Shown: in pieces, positions 1 to 12,492 of the stretch
Layout: each line of letters starts with the position of its first letter
Position numbering within the stretch: the first letter of the stretch is position 1
DNA from: Daphnia carinata
Lineage: Eukaryota
Direction: 5' to 3'
NCBI RefSeq assembly: GCF_022539665.2
Contig: NC_081334.1
Span: forward strand, 186,001 to 250,000
Length of the DNA stretch: 64,000 nucleotides
Notes under the pieces: generated by a model
Databases searched by the model: none
What the model saw: only the letters and a program-made list of their open reading frames with translations
Told to the model about the DNA's origin: nothing
Position numbers and translations under genes: made by a program

Positions 1-848
1 ACTTCAGGGGAGCCGCATTTGGTTTAAATTTGATTAACCAAGACTCTAGCAATTGTTTGGGCAATTTGATCTCTCATTGGCACTGTGTAAAAACAAAACG
101 ACTGGCATAATCTGATAGGACTGAAATATACCTGTATCACTTTGCGCTTTCTTGAATTGGACCCGCAATATCCATTGCGTCCCTTCGTTCCTCTCCCCAT
201 TTCTACTCGGCTGATTTTCTCGTGAGCGCCGCCAGTGGGAGGGCTTCATCGGCAAAAGCCCGGATGAATTTCCTGTAATAACTAGTCAAACCTAAAAATG
301 AGCTCAATTCTTTCACGTTTTTGGGGGCTGGGTATTAATTGATTGCTTCTAGCTTTTTCGTGCTCGGTGTTACTTCTTTTTTCGAAACAATGTATCCTAT
401 ATAATCTAACTCTTCTTTGAAAAATTTACATTTCTTTCTTCTTAGCTTGAGTCCTGCGTCTTTAAGAAGCTTAAACATTGTTTCCAGATGCATCACATGT
501 TCTGTAATGTTATTACTGAACACTATGTCATCGAGGTAAACCAATACGAATTTGAACGATACCGATTTCAAGATGTTATTCATTGCTCGTTGAAAAGTGC
601 TTGGTGCGTTTGTTGAACCAAATGGCATTCGATTAAATTCGTATGGTCCAAATCCACAAATGAAGGCGGTTTTGTGTTTGTCGCAAACACATAAAAAAGT
701 AAACGGAAGTAAACTCATCCGCTCAATGCGTCAATGGTGTCAATTCTTGGTAATGGATATTTATCTCTGACGATTATTTTGTTTAATGCCCTATAATCAA
801 TACACAAACACATTTCCCCATCTTTTTCGGGTACCATTACAATCGTGT
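1..848 (-). pseudogene. Ty3/Gypsy pol remnant (RT, then integrase core) of host element A
   Basis: Translations show CIDYRALN..DKYPLPRID, KTAF..YEFNRMPFG..NAPSTFQR, YLDD and FLGLTSYYRKFI. The RT connection then jumps directly to the integrase core (MDIAGP..YRYISVLSDYASRFV), so RNase H appears deleted. Frameshifted. Confidence 0.9.
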
Positions 849-985
849 TGTAAGTTGGGGATTCACGCTCAATAAAAAAAAGACGGTCGAGGGGCGAGTT
901 CGAGTCACAAGGTGTATATCTCACTCGCAATCACGCAGACACAGTTTAACACAGGGGAATAATAGGGTACACACACGATACGCGA
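849..985 (-). repeat. Truncated 3' LTR of Gypsy B
   Basis: Matches 5725-5860 (gcgagttcgagtcacaaggtgtata...acacacgatacgcga), then joins integrase zinc-finger sequence directly. Confidence 0.88.
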
Positions 986-3900
986 GCCCACGCTACAGAA
1001 AGAACAAGACATCACGAAAATTTTAACACTATTTCCCAGCCGTGGCCACCAAAACCTACTCTTAATTTTTGCTAAAGTTCTTTCAATACCCTGGTGCCCA
1101 GATGAGGGGAGCTCATGGCACGCTTCTAAAACCTTTCTACGGAGGATGGAGGGAACGACAAGGAGGAATTTCTTGCCAGAGCGCCTATTTTTCTTAAATA
1201 AAACTATACTGCGAATAATGAGCTCTTGGGAAATATTACAGGGAGTAGGAATGTCTAATGCTTCAAAAAAAAATTTCAGCTGGCCGTCTTTCTGCTGCAA
1301 GAGGGCGAGCTCTCGTGAGGAAAAACCCACTTTGGGCTCTCTTACGGTCGCACAGAGTGTCTCGGAATCAAGGGCTGTTGTCAAGACTTCGACCGGATTC
1401 CTAGACAGCGTGTCTGCGACGATATTGTCGGTCCCATTCAGGTGATAAATCGTAAATTGAACTCCTGTAGTTCGAGAACTCACCTAGCAAACTTCCCCTT
1501 CAAATCTTTCTTCCCCATCATCCACTTGACGGCGGAGCTATCCGGCTTGACAAAAAAAGTGTCTGCCATAGACATACGTGCGCAACTTTTTCAGCGCCCA
1601 CCTCACCGCAAAGCACTCCAACTCACTGGCGTGATAGCGCGTGTCAGTATCCGACAGCCTTCTGCTAATAAAGGTCACAGGTCGGTGTCCTTTACCAGCA
1701 TCTTGTGTCAATACTGCTCCAAGTCCAGTCTAACTTGCGTCGGTCTGACTGGTGACTTCCAGAGCATCATCGAAATGAGCCAGAACAGGAGCAGTCGTGA
1801 GACGCTCAATGATAATGTTCTTTGCGCCTTCATGACTCTCCGTCCACCTCCACTCAAAATTCTTTTTGGGGAGTACGTGCAAAGGGTGAGCTAATGCCGC
1901 AAAACCTGAGACAAAACGCCAATAGTACGACGCGAGTCCCAGAAATCCTCGTAGCGACTTCAAATTCGTCACGGGCATACACGTCAAGGCGCGCACCTTC
2001 TCTCCTTCCGGGCGGATTCCTTCCGCATCGATAATGTGTCCTAAATGGGACACCTTGGTGGCTCCGAAAACGCATTTTTCGATGCTGAGGGTCAAATTTG
2101 CTCTCTCTAGGGCGGTTAATACCAGCTATAGGCGTACCAAGTGCTCCTCAAACGTTCGGCCAAACACCAAGATGTCGTCTAGATAAACTAGACACATGCG
2201 TCACTTCAAGCCGGCCAAAACACGATCCATCAAGCTTTGGAACGTCGCGGGAGCATTGCTCAACCCAAACGGCAAACACGTAAACTGGTAGTGACCATCG
2301 GGAGTGACAAACGTTGTCTTCTCCCGGTCCTCTAGGGCTACGGGCACCTGCCAATACCCACTGGCTAGGTCCAAACATGAGAAAAATTGAGCGCCGGCGA
2401 GTCTGTCCAAGATATCGTCAATCCGAAGCATCGGATAGACGTCGCGCTTAGTTACCGCGTTAAGTCGCCGAAAATCGATACAGAACCGAATATCTCCCGA
2501 CTTTGCCTTGCGGACTAGAACGACGGGGGAAATCCAAGGACGAAACGATCCCTCCACCACACCGTCTTCCAACATTTCTTCCACTTTCGGCAATAACCTG
2601 GCGCTCAAAACGCCGACACTCTATATGGGGCGGATTTGATGGGACGCTCACCTCCCGTGTCAATGTGGTGGACAACCTCGGTGGTATGACGAATCTCCCT
2701 TTTGGACGGCGGGAAGCAGGCTCGCTTACGCTCGAGCATTGTCAGCAGCGATTTCATTGGGACGTATCTAATGCTTCCCCGACTGTCACTTGCGAGGTTA
2801 GTTCTACTTCTCGCTCTTCCGGATGCACGGTGGCGCATTCCTCCGATACCCTTTCTGTAACTGTAGACAGCATAGTGCCTTCATCCATCTCAGCTCAAAA
2901 GAAAAGCCGTCAATTCAATTGCAATTCCACGGTGGAATAATTGACAAGGGGAATTTCCGTCAGCCCGTTATTGACAGAGACGACGCTCGCGGGTATCACC
3001 CGTTCTTTCCCGGGTTTCGCGCAGCAGTTAAATTTGACATATGCTGTCCCGGATATATCCGCCGAAACCCCCCCCCCCCTTACGAAAACGAGCGAATTGG
3101 ATGGGACCACTTGGAATCCATCCGCTTTTACCGGCATCCAGTCCCGTCGTTTGGATGGCGATTCCTCCGCGAAGGACTCTGTGAGCCCATCACTAACGTC
3201 AAGATATTCCTCATTCCTCCGTTCTTCCTCCAACAAATTTTCCTCCCTCCCCATCTCCCCGTTATCATACACACTTCTTCCGACCATCGCACCTTCTTTT
3301 TCTCCTTCGCCCAAACTTCCTCTACTTGACTTCCTTTTGCCTTCTTCGATTTCATTGCACCCCTTATTTAAATCTCCCTCGATTAACCCTATATCCTCCC
3401 TTTTGACATCCTTTTCTTCTACATTACTTTTTCCCCCTATTTTACATCCCTCCCTAGTTCCCTGCGCCTTCGATTCCTTAATTTCCTCTTCATGTAACCC
3501 TTCCCCGACTAATTCAATTCTCCCTCCCCTTACTACAATGTTGGTTTTACTATTTACAATCCAGTCGACACTCATGGACCGCTCCCTAGCGGTCCTTAGA
3601 ACAGTTACGGACGATAGGGTTATAAAACTGTCCTTCTATTTGATGGGTAATGGTAAGGACCCCTCTACTCGTACAACCTTGTTATCGACTCCTCTTAACT
3701 TAGTTTTTGTGGCTTTCTTCAGCGGATCTAAAAATTTACGGACGACGCTTAGCCGTACGGCACTGACGCTAGCGCCCGAGTCGACAAATGCTGCTACTTC
3801 ACCTACACTCTTTATCCACACCTTGATAAGAGGCAAGGCTGGTCGACTTGCAATCACAAAAAATCCCTTCAAGGGCGCCACTGCCCTCGACGCACTACCC

Positions 3901-5701
3901 CGTCGTTTTTTGCCGGGCAATCTATGGCGATATGGCCATGCCGATTGCAGGCATAGCACAACCTCGGTGGTGGGCCTCTTGGGACAAATCCCCCACCACC
4001 CAATCGCATAACGTTAGGGCTCGAATTAACCGTAAGCCGTGATAACGAAGTCGAAATTTGGCTCACCAACCGGGAACGCTTGGCATTGCGGGAGTCAAAC
4101 CAAGTTGCTCAAGGTCCCGTAGTCGTGCTAGGAAAGCCGTGAAGCTTACCGGTACAAGTGACGTTAGAGCTGCGACGTAGATGGAGTTTGCGAGACCTCG
4201 TAACAACAACTTGATGACAATCGCCTCAGGTAGTGGGACGGGACAACGAAGGCAAAGCCGACGAATGTCCAACGCGTACTCAAGACACGACTCTCCCCAC
4301 TTTTGCGTTCTTGCTTCCACAAGCGAGCTCCACTCTAAAAACGAGAGTGCACGCGTGAAATTGGTCACCAACGCGGCGGCCAGGTAGCATAAAGATAGCC
4401 CGTCTGTACGTGCCATTGGGAGGCGGTACCATAAAGACGGGTCACAGCCACTAGGAGACGGTTCTCCTCGGTCCAGCATTCAAGACCGGCTACCCTCTCG
4501 ACATGGTCGATGAAGCCCTGCACCTCCTCACCTACAGGAACAGAAAAGCGCGGTATCGAACCGACAGCAATTGCCGACGGGCGGGCATTTGGCACAGCTG
4601 GTATCGCGGCAGCAAGGGCTTGGATAGCCTCGTTGTTTTGTTGTTGTTGTGCGTTGATGATGCTGACGAGTTGGGCAACTTGATCTTGCCTCGCCGCACC
4701 ATCAGCCGCTGCGACTTCCGCAAACCGATTAAGAGCCACAATCAGCTCAACGTTGTCTGCCATATTTATCGGTGTTGGCTCTGCTCTCGTTAGAACAAAT
4801 TCCGATTTCTGATACCTCATTTTCGTTGTAGGCGGCCGCTGCACTGGGCGGACGATATGAGCTCTTACGAAAGGATCCCGAGCAGTTCCTCTCGGGGTCC
4901 GAACAAGTGCAAACAAAAAGCACTTATTCAACGGATCCCACTTCAAGACCAAAAGATCGTCAAACCACCTCAAAAAAGATGTTGAGCACAAAGAGATTGC
5001 GAGCAAAGCTCAACAAAACAAAAAAAAAAAAAAAAGAAAATGTCAAAAAAAGTACCCTCTGTACATGAGAGAAACACAAAAAAAAACGATGAGGTCAAGA
5101 TCGAGCAACAGGCCATAAGCCAAAAAAAAGCCCCACGACACGGCTCCGCATCAAAGTTCTTTTCTTGCCCTTTAAAAAAAAAAGGAGAGCAACCAAAAAG
5201 AACTTCTTAAAACGTAATGCCGTCCCGCCGATATGGTCGCTCAAAAAAAGGGCGGACAAAGAGAGAGATAAAAAAATATGTCTCTCGACCAAAACGTGTG
5301 GGCGTCCCAAAATAGGAAGAAAGAAAAAAAAAAGGACGGAAAGCACAACACAAAGCGGAACGGGCAAAAGGCACGCCGAAAAAAAAATACAATTTCTAAC
5401 TACACACAGTACAAAAAAAATTCATGCGCTGGAATTGTTTATTTAACAGCCCGTGGCTACAGGTAACAAGGGTTGAAATACTTACCTGTACCGTTCATCC
5501 ACCCTTCAACAAAGACGTCGCGGCGGGATGGGATTCACTCCCCTTCGGCGCAGGTAAGGATAATCCACAATGGCAGCGGCCAGTACGCGAAAATTACCTT
5601 CTCGCGTGGGCGGCACGCGGGTCCGTTGCAGGCAACTTTAAGAAAAAAAGTTGTTCGATGGCCTGGCGAAGGTGATAATCCACGATCTTCAATCCTACTC
5701 A

Positions 5702-5719
5702 ATCCCTCTTCTGACACCA
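5702..5719 (-). promoter_or_regulatory. Primer-binding site (tRNA-Leu type) of Gypsy B
   Basis: Minus strand TGGTGTCAGAAGAGGGAT just inside the LTR, complementary to a tRNA-Leu 3' end. Confidence 0.8.
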
Positions 5720-5724
5720 ATTGG

Positions 5725-5933
5725 TGTAATGGGGACACCCGCTCAATAAAAAAGAAGATGGTCCGAGCGGCGAGTTCGAGTCACAAGGTGTATATTTCAC
5801 TCGCAATCACGCAGACACAGTTTAACACAGGGGAATAATAGGTACACACACGATACGCGAAGGAAGCCAGCTTTCGCAAGGCACCTTGTTGTAGGTCTTC
5901 CTGTAGACGGCCAAAAAACTAGACTGCCTCACA
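5725..5933 (-). repeat. 5' LTR of Gypsy B
   Basis: TGTAAT...CTCACA, next to the PBS and homologous to 849-985. The right boundary is inferred from the CA terminus and resumption of host pol. Confidence 0.85.
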
Positions 5934-8900
5934 TTATTTACATCAGTTGCTAGACCCAAATCTTATTCCTTTTCTGCGAATAGGGCTTCGTGTTTTTTCA
6001 ATAGAATTTCGATTTTAATGCGTATCTCATCAGAGATGTTGGTCGCTTCACTTTCTTGGGTTGGCTTAATTCGTTTGGATTTTTTGTTGTTGCCTGATTA
6101 AGAGAAAGATTCTAGGCTGCGATAATCTGCTTCTGTAAGGTCGTTGTTGTTGCTATTTTGGTTGGAATTGTTGATACGTGCCATATCTGTCCAGTATTCT
6201 CGTGCAATGTATCCCTTTATTGCACTTGTGGCAGATAATAACCCTATTCCCATGGGTGTCGGGGTGTTTGGTTGGGTTTGTCGTGGCCGTGGATATTGAT
6301 GAGAGTTTGTGTAAGCTGGGTTTTGACGATGCACCTGTTGATTGGTGTGTGGTTGAAAGTTTGGTCGACTGTAGTGTGCAGGTCTGCTTGTGTAGAAGGG
6401 TATCTGAGATGGTTGCTGATAGGTTGTATCATTGGGTTGTCTATACACTGTGGGGTACCTTCTCTTCGTGGTGAATTACAGTTGGTGCGGTATGGGCTGT
6501 TTTCTCTGCTACGATTGGAGTTTCTGTTGCGACTGGAACCTCTGCTGTTCGACCTTTCATGAAATCGTACTCGCGAACTTTGTGGTCTGGGATAGCGTTC
6601 GCCCAATCGTGAAGTTCTTTGTTCGTATCGATCTGCTGCTGCTACGGTTCTATCGTTATCCTGTGATGATTCACGATTCTTATTAGTATTTACCAGTTCC
6701 CGTATTTTTTGTTTTAGTGATTCGATTTCTGTCTTTTGCTGTGAAAGTTCGTTATCTTGTTGTTTCTCGTGATGCGTTATCCCTGCGATTAATGCGTTTA
6801 TTTCTTTGTCGTCTGCAGTGTCTTTGCTATTCTAAGAACTTTAAGCTAAGATTAAGTTAGTTGGAAGACTCGCATATTGCCTCTTGCTATTTCTCCACCC
6901 CACTCGACCTAATTTCTACGATTTTCCCTTTTATTACTTTCTTCCGCTTGACCGAGATGTCGGCGACACCAAGCTCATCTGTTAACCTCGTCACCCTTTT
7001 TTGACACTATTTCGCTCTTCTATTGCCCACGCTAACCTTAGCGTCCCCAAGCTAAGGCGAGGTATAAAAACCCCCACCAGAGCTTCCCAAAAGACAGAGT
7101 TCTCCTGTAGTCGCCACAAGTACTAGTTGAGTGAATTTTTTTTTTACGTGTTGGTCCCGATTTAAAAAAAATAAACTTGAAACCCCGAAACAATAAATAA
7201 ATGCAACTTCCAATTGTTGCACTATATAGAATGCCTTCGGATATGATCAGTTGCTTACGTATCTGGTCGAAATCTTCAGGGTCTTCGGGCATTCTGAAAT
7301 AATATAGTTCTGATTAATAATATAAGTTCTGTTTTGAATTTCGATAGAATGCCTTATATCAGCATTCCTGATATTGATAGTCTCTCATTTTCTTGACTGT
7401 GTTTATGAGTCGACCTTCGACGATGGTTTGGTTTTGATCCGACTTTTCTTCTTTCCCTTTAATGGAGTCGTATGCGCTGCTCATTCTTGGGATAAAGGCT
7501 TTGCATTTTTCTTCAGGTTTCTGCTTCAGCATTAACAACTTTTTCCTTAGTGCTGGTAATTCGTATGCATTCTGGAACCTTGCAATGATGGCTGTTTTCC
7601 ACTCGTCGTAGTTTAACTCGTCACCCTTTTTTGGTTGTCATCCCGGTCGTTGTTACGTGCTACGTGTTCTGCGTCCTTCAGTCATTCTGTTATTAATTTA
7701 TCACTACTTTTTCCTTTGAAAATTGGTATTGACTTCTTGTCTTCTCTCGAGAATAATTCTCCTATAGCGCTTTTGCGATGGGTTGAGTTGTGGTTATACC
7801 GGTGTCATCGGCATCTGTTATGTAGCGGTCAATCCTCGAAGTTTCCTTGTGCGAAAGTCCCATTTTGATTTTTTGTTTTAGAGCCTGATTCTTCTGCTCT
7901 AGTTGAAGGATGCTTTTGTTTTGGATCTCTATTTGATTTTTTAGGTCGTCGTTGAGTTGCTGGAGTTCGGCGATTTGCTCTGATTCAAGCTCGTAGTAAA
8001 GAGACTGGTCACCACTGTCTGTTGGCAAAGTTAGGTCATTTATTTCGCTTACTAATTTCGTGATTTCTCCAGGTTTGTTTGCGCTGCTGAAATCTTCGGT
8101 TTCAACGAATGTTACTTGTTGTTTCTTAAAATCTTTTATTCGGTTCTCCAGATACTTTATTTTTTCTTCTCGTTCTCCTGTCTCTGTATTTATCTCCTGT
8201 AACTCCTTTTCAATGTTTTTATTTTTTGCTGTAATATCTATCAGACTTCTCCTCAGCCCAGTCTTTTCAGTTAAGGTCTTTTCAAGGATTTCTTTTGTTT
8301 CTGTGTTTCTTTCTGAAGTTGTTTGTTTGTTTCTAAGGCTGTTTTTGTCTGTTGTTCTGTGTTTTCAAACCTCGCAATTCGTTGTTTCCTTTTATCTTCA
8401 AGCTTGCTAATTATTTCTTGCCCTTCTCTCTCAACAAATGCATTATTTTCTTCTCTCTTTCTCAAAAGGTTTTGTAATTGGTTCTCTGTTGCTCTGGTAA
8501 TTTCAAGGCTGCGTTCTAGCTCGCTGATTTGGTTATTGGCCTTTTCAAGCAAGTTTTTGAGTGCTTCGGTACTTTCTTGGAGTTGTTCGAGGGAACTATT
8601 TAAGGTGTATTTGGAACTCTTACCCTTTTCTTGTTGCTATCAAGCTGCTTTCGCAGGCTCAGTAACTTAGAGTTGAGGTCAGACAAATGTTTCTTCTCTT
8701 CAATCTGCGCAAGCACTACTTCTTTTTGCAAAACACTGATGGTACTGAACAGGAATTCTTTCTCTTCACTATATTCTACGTGGTCTTTAAGTGTCTTTGT
8801 GGTATTTGTTATGGTTTCTGCTGTTATACCTTGTGGTACTTGTAAAGTTTGTTCTAATAACTAATAGGAATACAATTGCAATGCGTTGCTTGCTTCTTTG

Positions 8901-11181
8901 CTAAATTCTTGTTTCTTGGATTCTACTTGTTGGATCTTTGATTTTGTCGAAATGGTTTGGTAAGGTTTGTTTCTCTCTGACTCTTGTTCAAATTCTAAGT
9001 CCACGAGAGTTTTCCAGTGGTCCGTTAGACTATTTTTTAATTCTTCTAGTTACAATTTTGCCTGAGTTAATTCCGCTTCTACGTCTCTAGGTGGTTTCTG
9101 CATCTCTATCTTAAATAAAGGTTTGAGTTCAAAAGCCTGTGTGTTTTAGGCGATTTCTTCTGCTTCGAGAGATGCTTGTTTGAAATTTTGGCAGTTTGGT
9201 GTGGTGGGATATTTGCTGTGGAACAATATCGTTTTGATGGATGGAAGTAAGCCACCTAACAACATTTTTATTTAAGTGTCGTTCAAAAGAGCTGTAGTTC
9301 GTTGCTTTGATCCTGCTCTTCCTCTCCTCCTTATTTATAGATTGCGTTATACGCCTGTGTGATTTTGTCTATAAAGTGCCTTACTGGTTGATTTGGGGAC
9401 TGTTTTACTGACTACGATTTCGTTTTGTGTTTCGCTCTATCTGCTGGGTGTTAGAAATGTTCCTTTAATGCGTTTCTCCACTCTGTGCACGGTTCTCTCG
9501 GTGATCCTCGTAGCCGATCTATATGCCATTGTAGTGTTGTTCCTTTTCAACAGGTGGCTCAAATCTTTTTAGCTTCTCTTGGCCATTCATGTATCGTCAC
9601 TATTGCGTCTGCGTCGCGTAGCCATACTCCTATTGGTTGGTCGTTTACGTTACCGCTTAATTTATTACGATCTCTTCGACTAATAGCTGCTTCTAGTGCT
9701 CTGATGTCGTCGTTAGTCGTCATCCAGTGGTTGTTTGGTTGCTATCGATTTCGACGATATCTTCGTCTCATTGTTCTCCTACTTCCTGATTGTTTCGGAA
9801 CAATGTTTCTAAGTTTTGTCTGAGTTGTCTGTTTTCTGTGTCTAGGTTGGTTGCTCTCTCGGCCGCTTGTCGTTCTTGTTGGGGTGCTTGTATTAGTTCC
9901 GTTATCTCACTTTCTAATGACACGATTTTCCGATTTAGCAGCGCAAGGTTATGTTGTGGTAATTCAAGTTCGTTCGTGCTTGCGGCGACCGCAATATTTT
10001 GCTGTAACTTTCTCAATCTGTCCTCCAAAGACTGGTTTGTATTCTGTAGCAATGAAATTTCTTCTATGTGTCGGATTTGATTTTGCTGCAGGGTTGTCGC
10101 GTTAATTTGACTTACGTTCTGGTCGTGTTTAAGTCGATTGTTTTCTCCCTGTATTTTTACGAATTTGTTTGTTTGAGCTAATTGTTCCTTTTTTACTGAT
10201 TCTAACCCTGCTAATTTCACTTTTATGGTGTCACTAAGATGGAAAATTTCCTGGTTTTACTTGTTACGTTTACAATTGGATTTTTATGTTTTGATTGCAG
10301 GATATGGATCTCTTTTTCCTGATCTATACTTTTCGTCTCGAGGGCTTTGTAAGTCAATTGTGTGTTCTCTAGTCCAGCTTGGCTTATGCTGTATTTATTC
10401 AAGAACATTGGTTCCTTCTGCAAGGAGTTGGGCTTCCCTTTGTTTTAGTCTCTCTATTTCTGTCCGAAGTTTGGTTTTTATCTTTAATTGTCTTTAATTA
10501 ATTTAGCTTTTACGGATGAATGTTCTGTTTCTATTTTGCGTATAGTTGTTTCCAAAGTTTGTACTCTTGGGTCTTTTATATGGTTAGCTTTCTCTTTCTG
10601 TGTCTTTTCTAACTGTTGGGTTAAGTTGGTCGCCTAGTAATCAATCGCTTGTTGCTGTATAGTACTTGTTTGAAATAAGGCTAAACCTTCGGTTTCTAGT
10701 TTTTGGATCTTCGCTTCAGCTGCCATTAATTTCTCTGAAATTCGTTTCTATACTAAATCCTTCTCCTTTAATCGTGTCTTAAGTTGTTTCGTCGTTGCCT
10801 TATCCTTAGCAGATTCTAATTCTAACATATACTGATTAATCGACTGATGAATTCCTATTAATGCGGTTTTTAGAAAGTCACTTTCTTCTACTGGTTTATT
10901 CTTCTTTCTGCTGGGTAGGTTTTCTGTTGATTGTATTTTGTTAGTTGTTTTTCTTTGTCACTTTTTCTAGGGCTTCTTTCAGCGCTTCTTGTCCGTTTGA
11001 ATGGTACTATTCGAACTTGCGATTTCACTCTTTTGTTCATTTCCACTGTGGGGTATACTTTTTGCATTGTTCGTTTAGGGTCTGTTAGGCTCACTCTACT
11101 GGGATGTTGTATTACTTCTAAAGGTTCTTCCACTGGGGCGGTTGGTCTATATATATCTACTGTTAAATCCTCAGTTGACAT
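5934..11181 (-). pseudogene. gag of host Gypsy element A: long coiled coils, two capsid-like domains, RS-rich tract, degenerate zinc knuckle, RT N-terminus
   Basis: Many frameshifted E/K/Q/L-rich ORFs. Capsid-like blocks at ~9150-9700 (VWLRDADAI..HEW..LQWH..KQSPNQPVRHFIDKI) and ~7225-7770 (SIPIFKGK..LITE.LKDAE..YDEWKTAIIARF..LKQKPEE). CCHC remnant ~6190-6240 and LLKKHEALFA at ~5980-6010. No protease found. Confidence 0.75.
6831..7221 (+). mobile_element. Solo LTR inserted in gag of element A
   Basis: 4-bp TSD CTAT (6827-6830 and 7222-7225), degenerate TG..CA ends (TCTAAG...GTTGCA), internal TATAAAA (~7063) and AATAAA (~7192). Removing it restores the gag frame EGILYS|KDTADDKEINALIAGI. Confidence 0.8.
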
Positions 11182-11273
11182 TTAAGTGACTTACCCTTAC
11201 CGCGGGGAGTCTTTAGACGATTGGTAGTCGTCTGCAATGTCCGGCAAAGGGCTGCTTGTTGCTCTACTGCTGG

Positions 11274-11662
11274 CAGGAGTATCGGATCGCCCGATCCGAT
11301 CAGACTGCAAAAGATCGGATCGGCGATCAAATTTTGCCGATCATTTTTACCGATAATTTTTGTGCGGCATTTAAAGCTGAAAATTCACACTGTTTAACGA
11401 ATGTAGCATTGGCTGTCACAGCGACAGTCACTGACGGCCATTCAGGGAGAACACTAAACAGTTTCCCTCAATTGGCATTCGCAAAAAGAGTAATGAAAGA
11501 GAACCATGCGACTGCAAAATCTACAGCTAGATGGCGAAAAGTTTGATCGCTAAAAACGATCGGATCGGCGATCCCAAAAAATTGATCGCGATCCGATCGT
11601 CGATCCGTTTCTCAAAAGATGGGATCGGCGATCAATTTTTGATCGCGATCGCGGTAAGTCTG
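11274..11662. mobile_element. MITE-like element with GATCG-rich subterminal repeats (hAT-like CAG...CTG ends)
   Basis: Clusters of GATCG/CGATC at both ends and imperfect CAG...CTG termini. No convincing TSD. Confidence 0.55.
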
Positions 11663-11671
11663 ACTACCACC

Positions 11672-11898
11672 GGTAGCCGGTGAAATAGGACTGAAACGAA
11701 ATAGGACTGGAGAAATAGGACTGAGAGAAATAGGACTGACTTTTAAAAACTTTTAGGACAGTCCTATTTCTCCATGGCATCAGTCCTATTTCTCCTCGGC
11801 ATTAGTCCTATTTCTCTGGTAGAAATAGGACTGGAAATTTTCAGTTCTATTTCTCCAGTCCTATTCCGTTTCAGTCCTATTTCATCGCCAATCCTACC
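11672..11898. mobile_element. Palindromic MITE built from GAAATAGGACTG units
   Basis: ~55-bp imperfect TIRs (GGTAG..GAAATAGGACTGAAACG..) and tandem units in opposite orientation in the two halves. ACC flanks both sides. Confidence 0.7.
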
Positions 11899-12492
11899 AC
11901 CAGCCAATATACATAAAAATGGAAGTCGAACCAATCTCTTTTGGTATTTTAAATTTTAGGCTTGCCTAATGTTGCTTTACTTCGAATTTAGTATTCCATC
12001 GCAGGACTTCTCAAGCCTCTTCCTTCTTCAGCAAAGTTAGCTGCGCTACAATTCTTGCAGTCTTGGGACAAAAGTTGTAAGTGAATTGCCTTCTTCGTTA
12101 TAATTACGCCAATAACCTTATATTCCCCAAGTAGTGACATGTTTCCCTCAAATTTATCATTTAGAACCATATCATCTTCTCCTTCAGTCCCACGCAAAAT
12201 TGGATATTAAAATTCAAAGTTTTCCTCTTCTTCGCTTCATGGTCGGTCTGTACCTCGCTCTTCGCCTCGTTTTCGCCTTACCCGTCGCACCATCTTCGCC
12301 TAAAGCAGTCAAGAAAATTCGGGGATAGAAAGAAATCGGCGACGAAGGCGTCAGATCGTCGATGAGAAAGAATTTTTGCGTTTTCTGACATTTTTCGTTA
12401 TTTCGACATTTAGTGGTATGTTATGAAAAAAAGCATATCGTGGCGAATCTGAATATTGACCCCAATTAAAAAAATAAATTTATAATTTATTC

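Larger units (their letters stand above)
849..5933 (-). mobile_element. Nested Ty3/Gypsy LTR retrotransposon B (degenerate; integrase core and part of 3' LTR deleted)
   Basis: 5' LTR 5725-5933 (TG...CA) and partial 3' LTR 849-~985. Internal order: gag (start 4763, zinc knuckle CYACNRHGHIAIDC), protease (FVDSGAS), RT (CIDFRRLN, YLDD), RNase H, integrase H2C2 finger (CHELPSSGHQG..CSFC). Confidence 0.93.

Noticed and set aside
2941..4011. 356-aa plus-strand ORF
   Set aside because: It is the antisense shadow of the purine-rich Gypsy B gag/protease/spacer region, Ser/Pro/Leu-rich with no domain.
5095..5466. Lys- or Phe-rich short ORFs
   Set aside because: They are products of poly-A/T tracts in the Gypsy B 5' leader.
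11274..11898. Short repeated units resembling a CRISPR array
   Set aside because: The context is eukaryotic, there are no unique regular spacers or cas genes, and the repeats are arranged as inverted termini.
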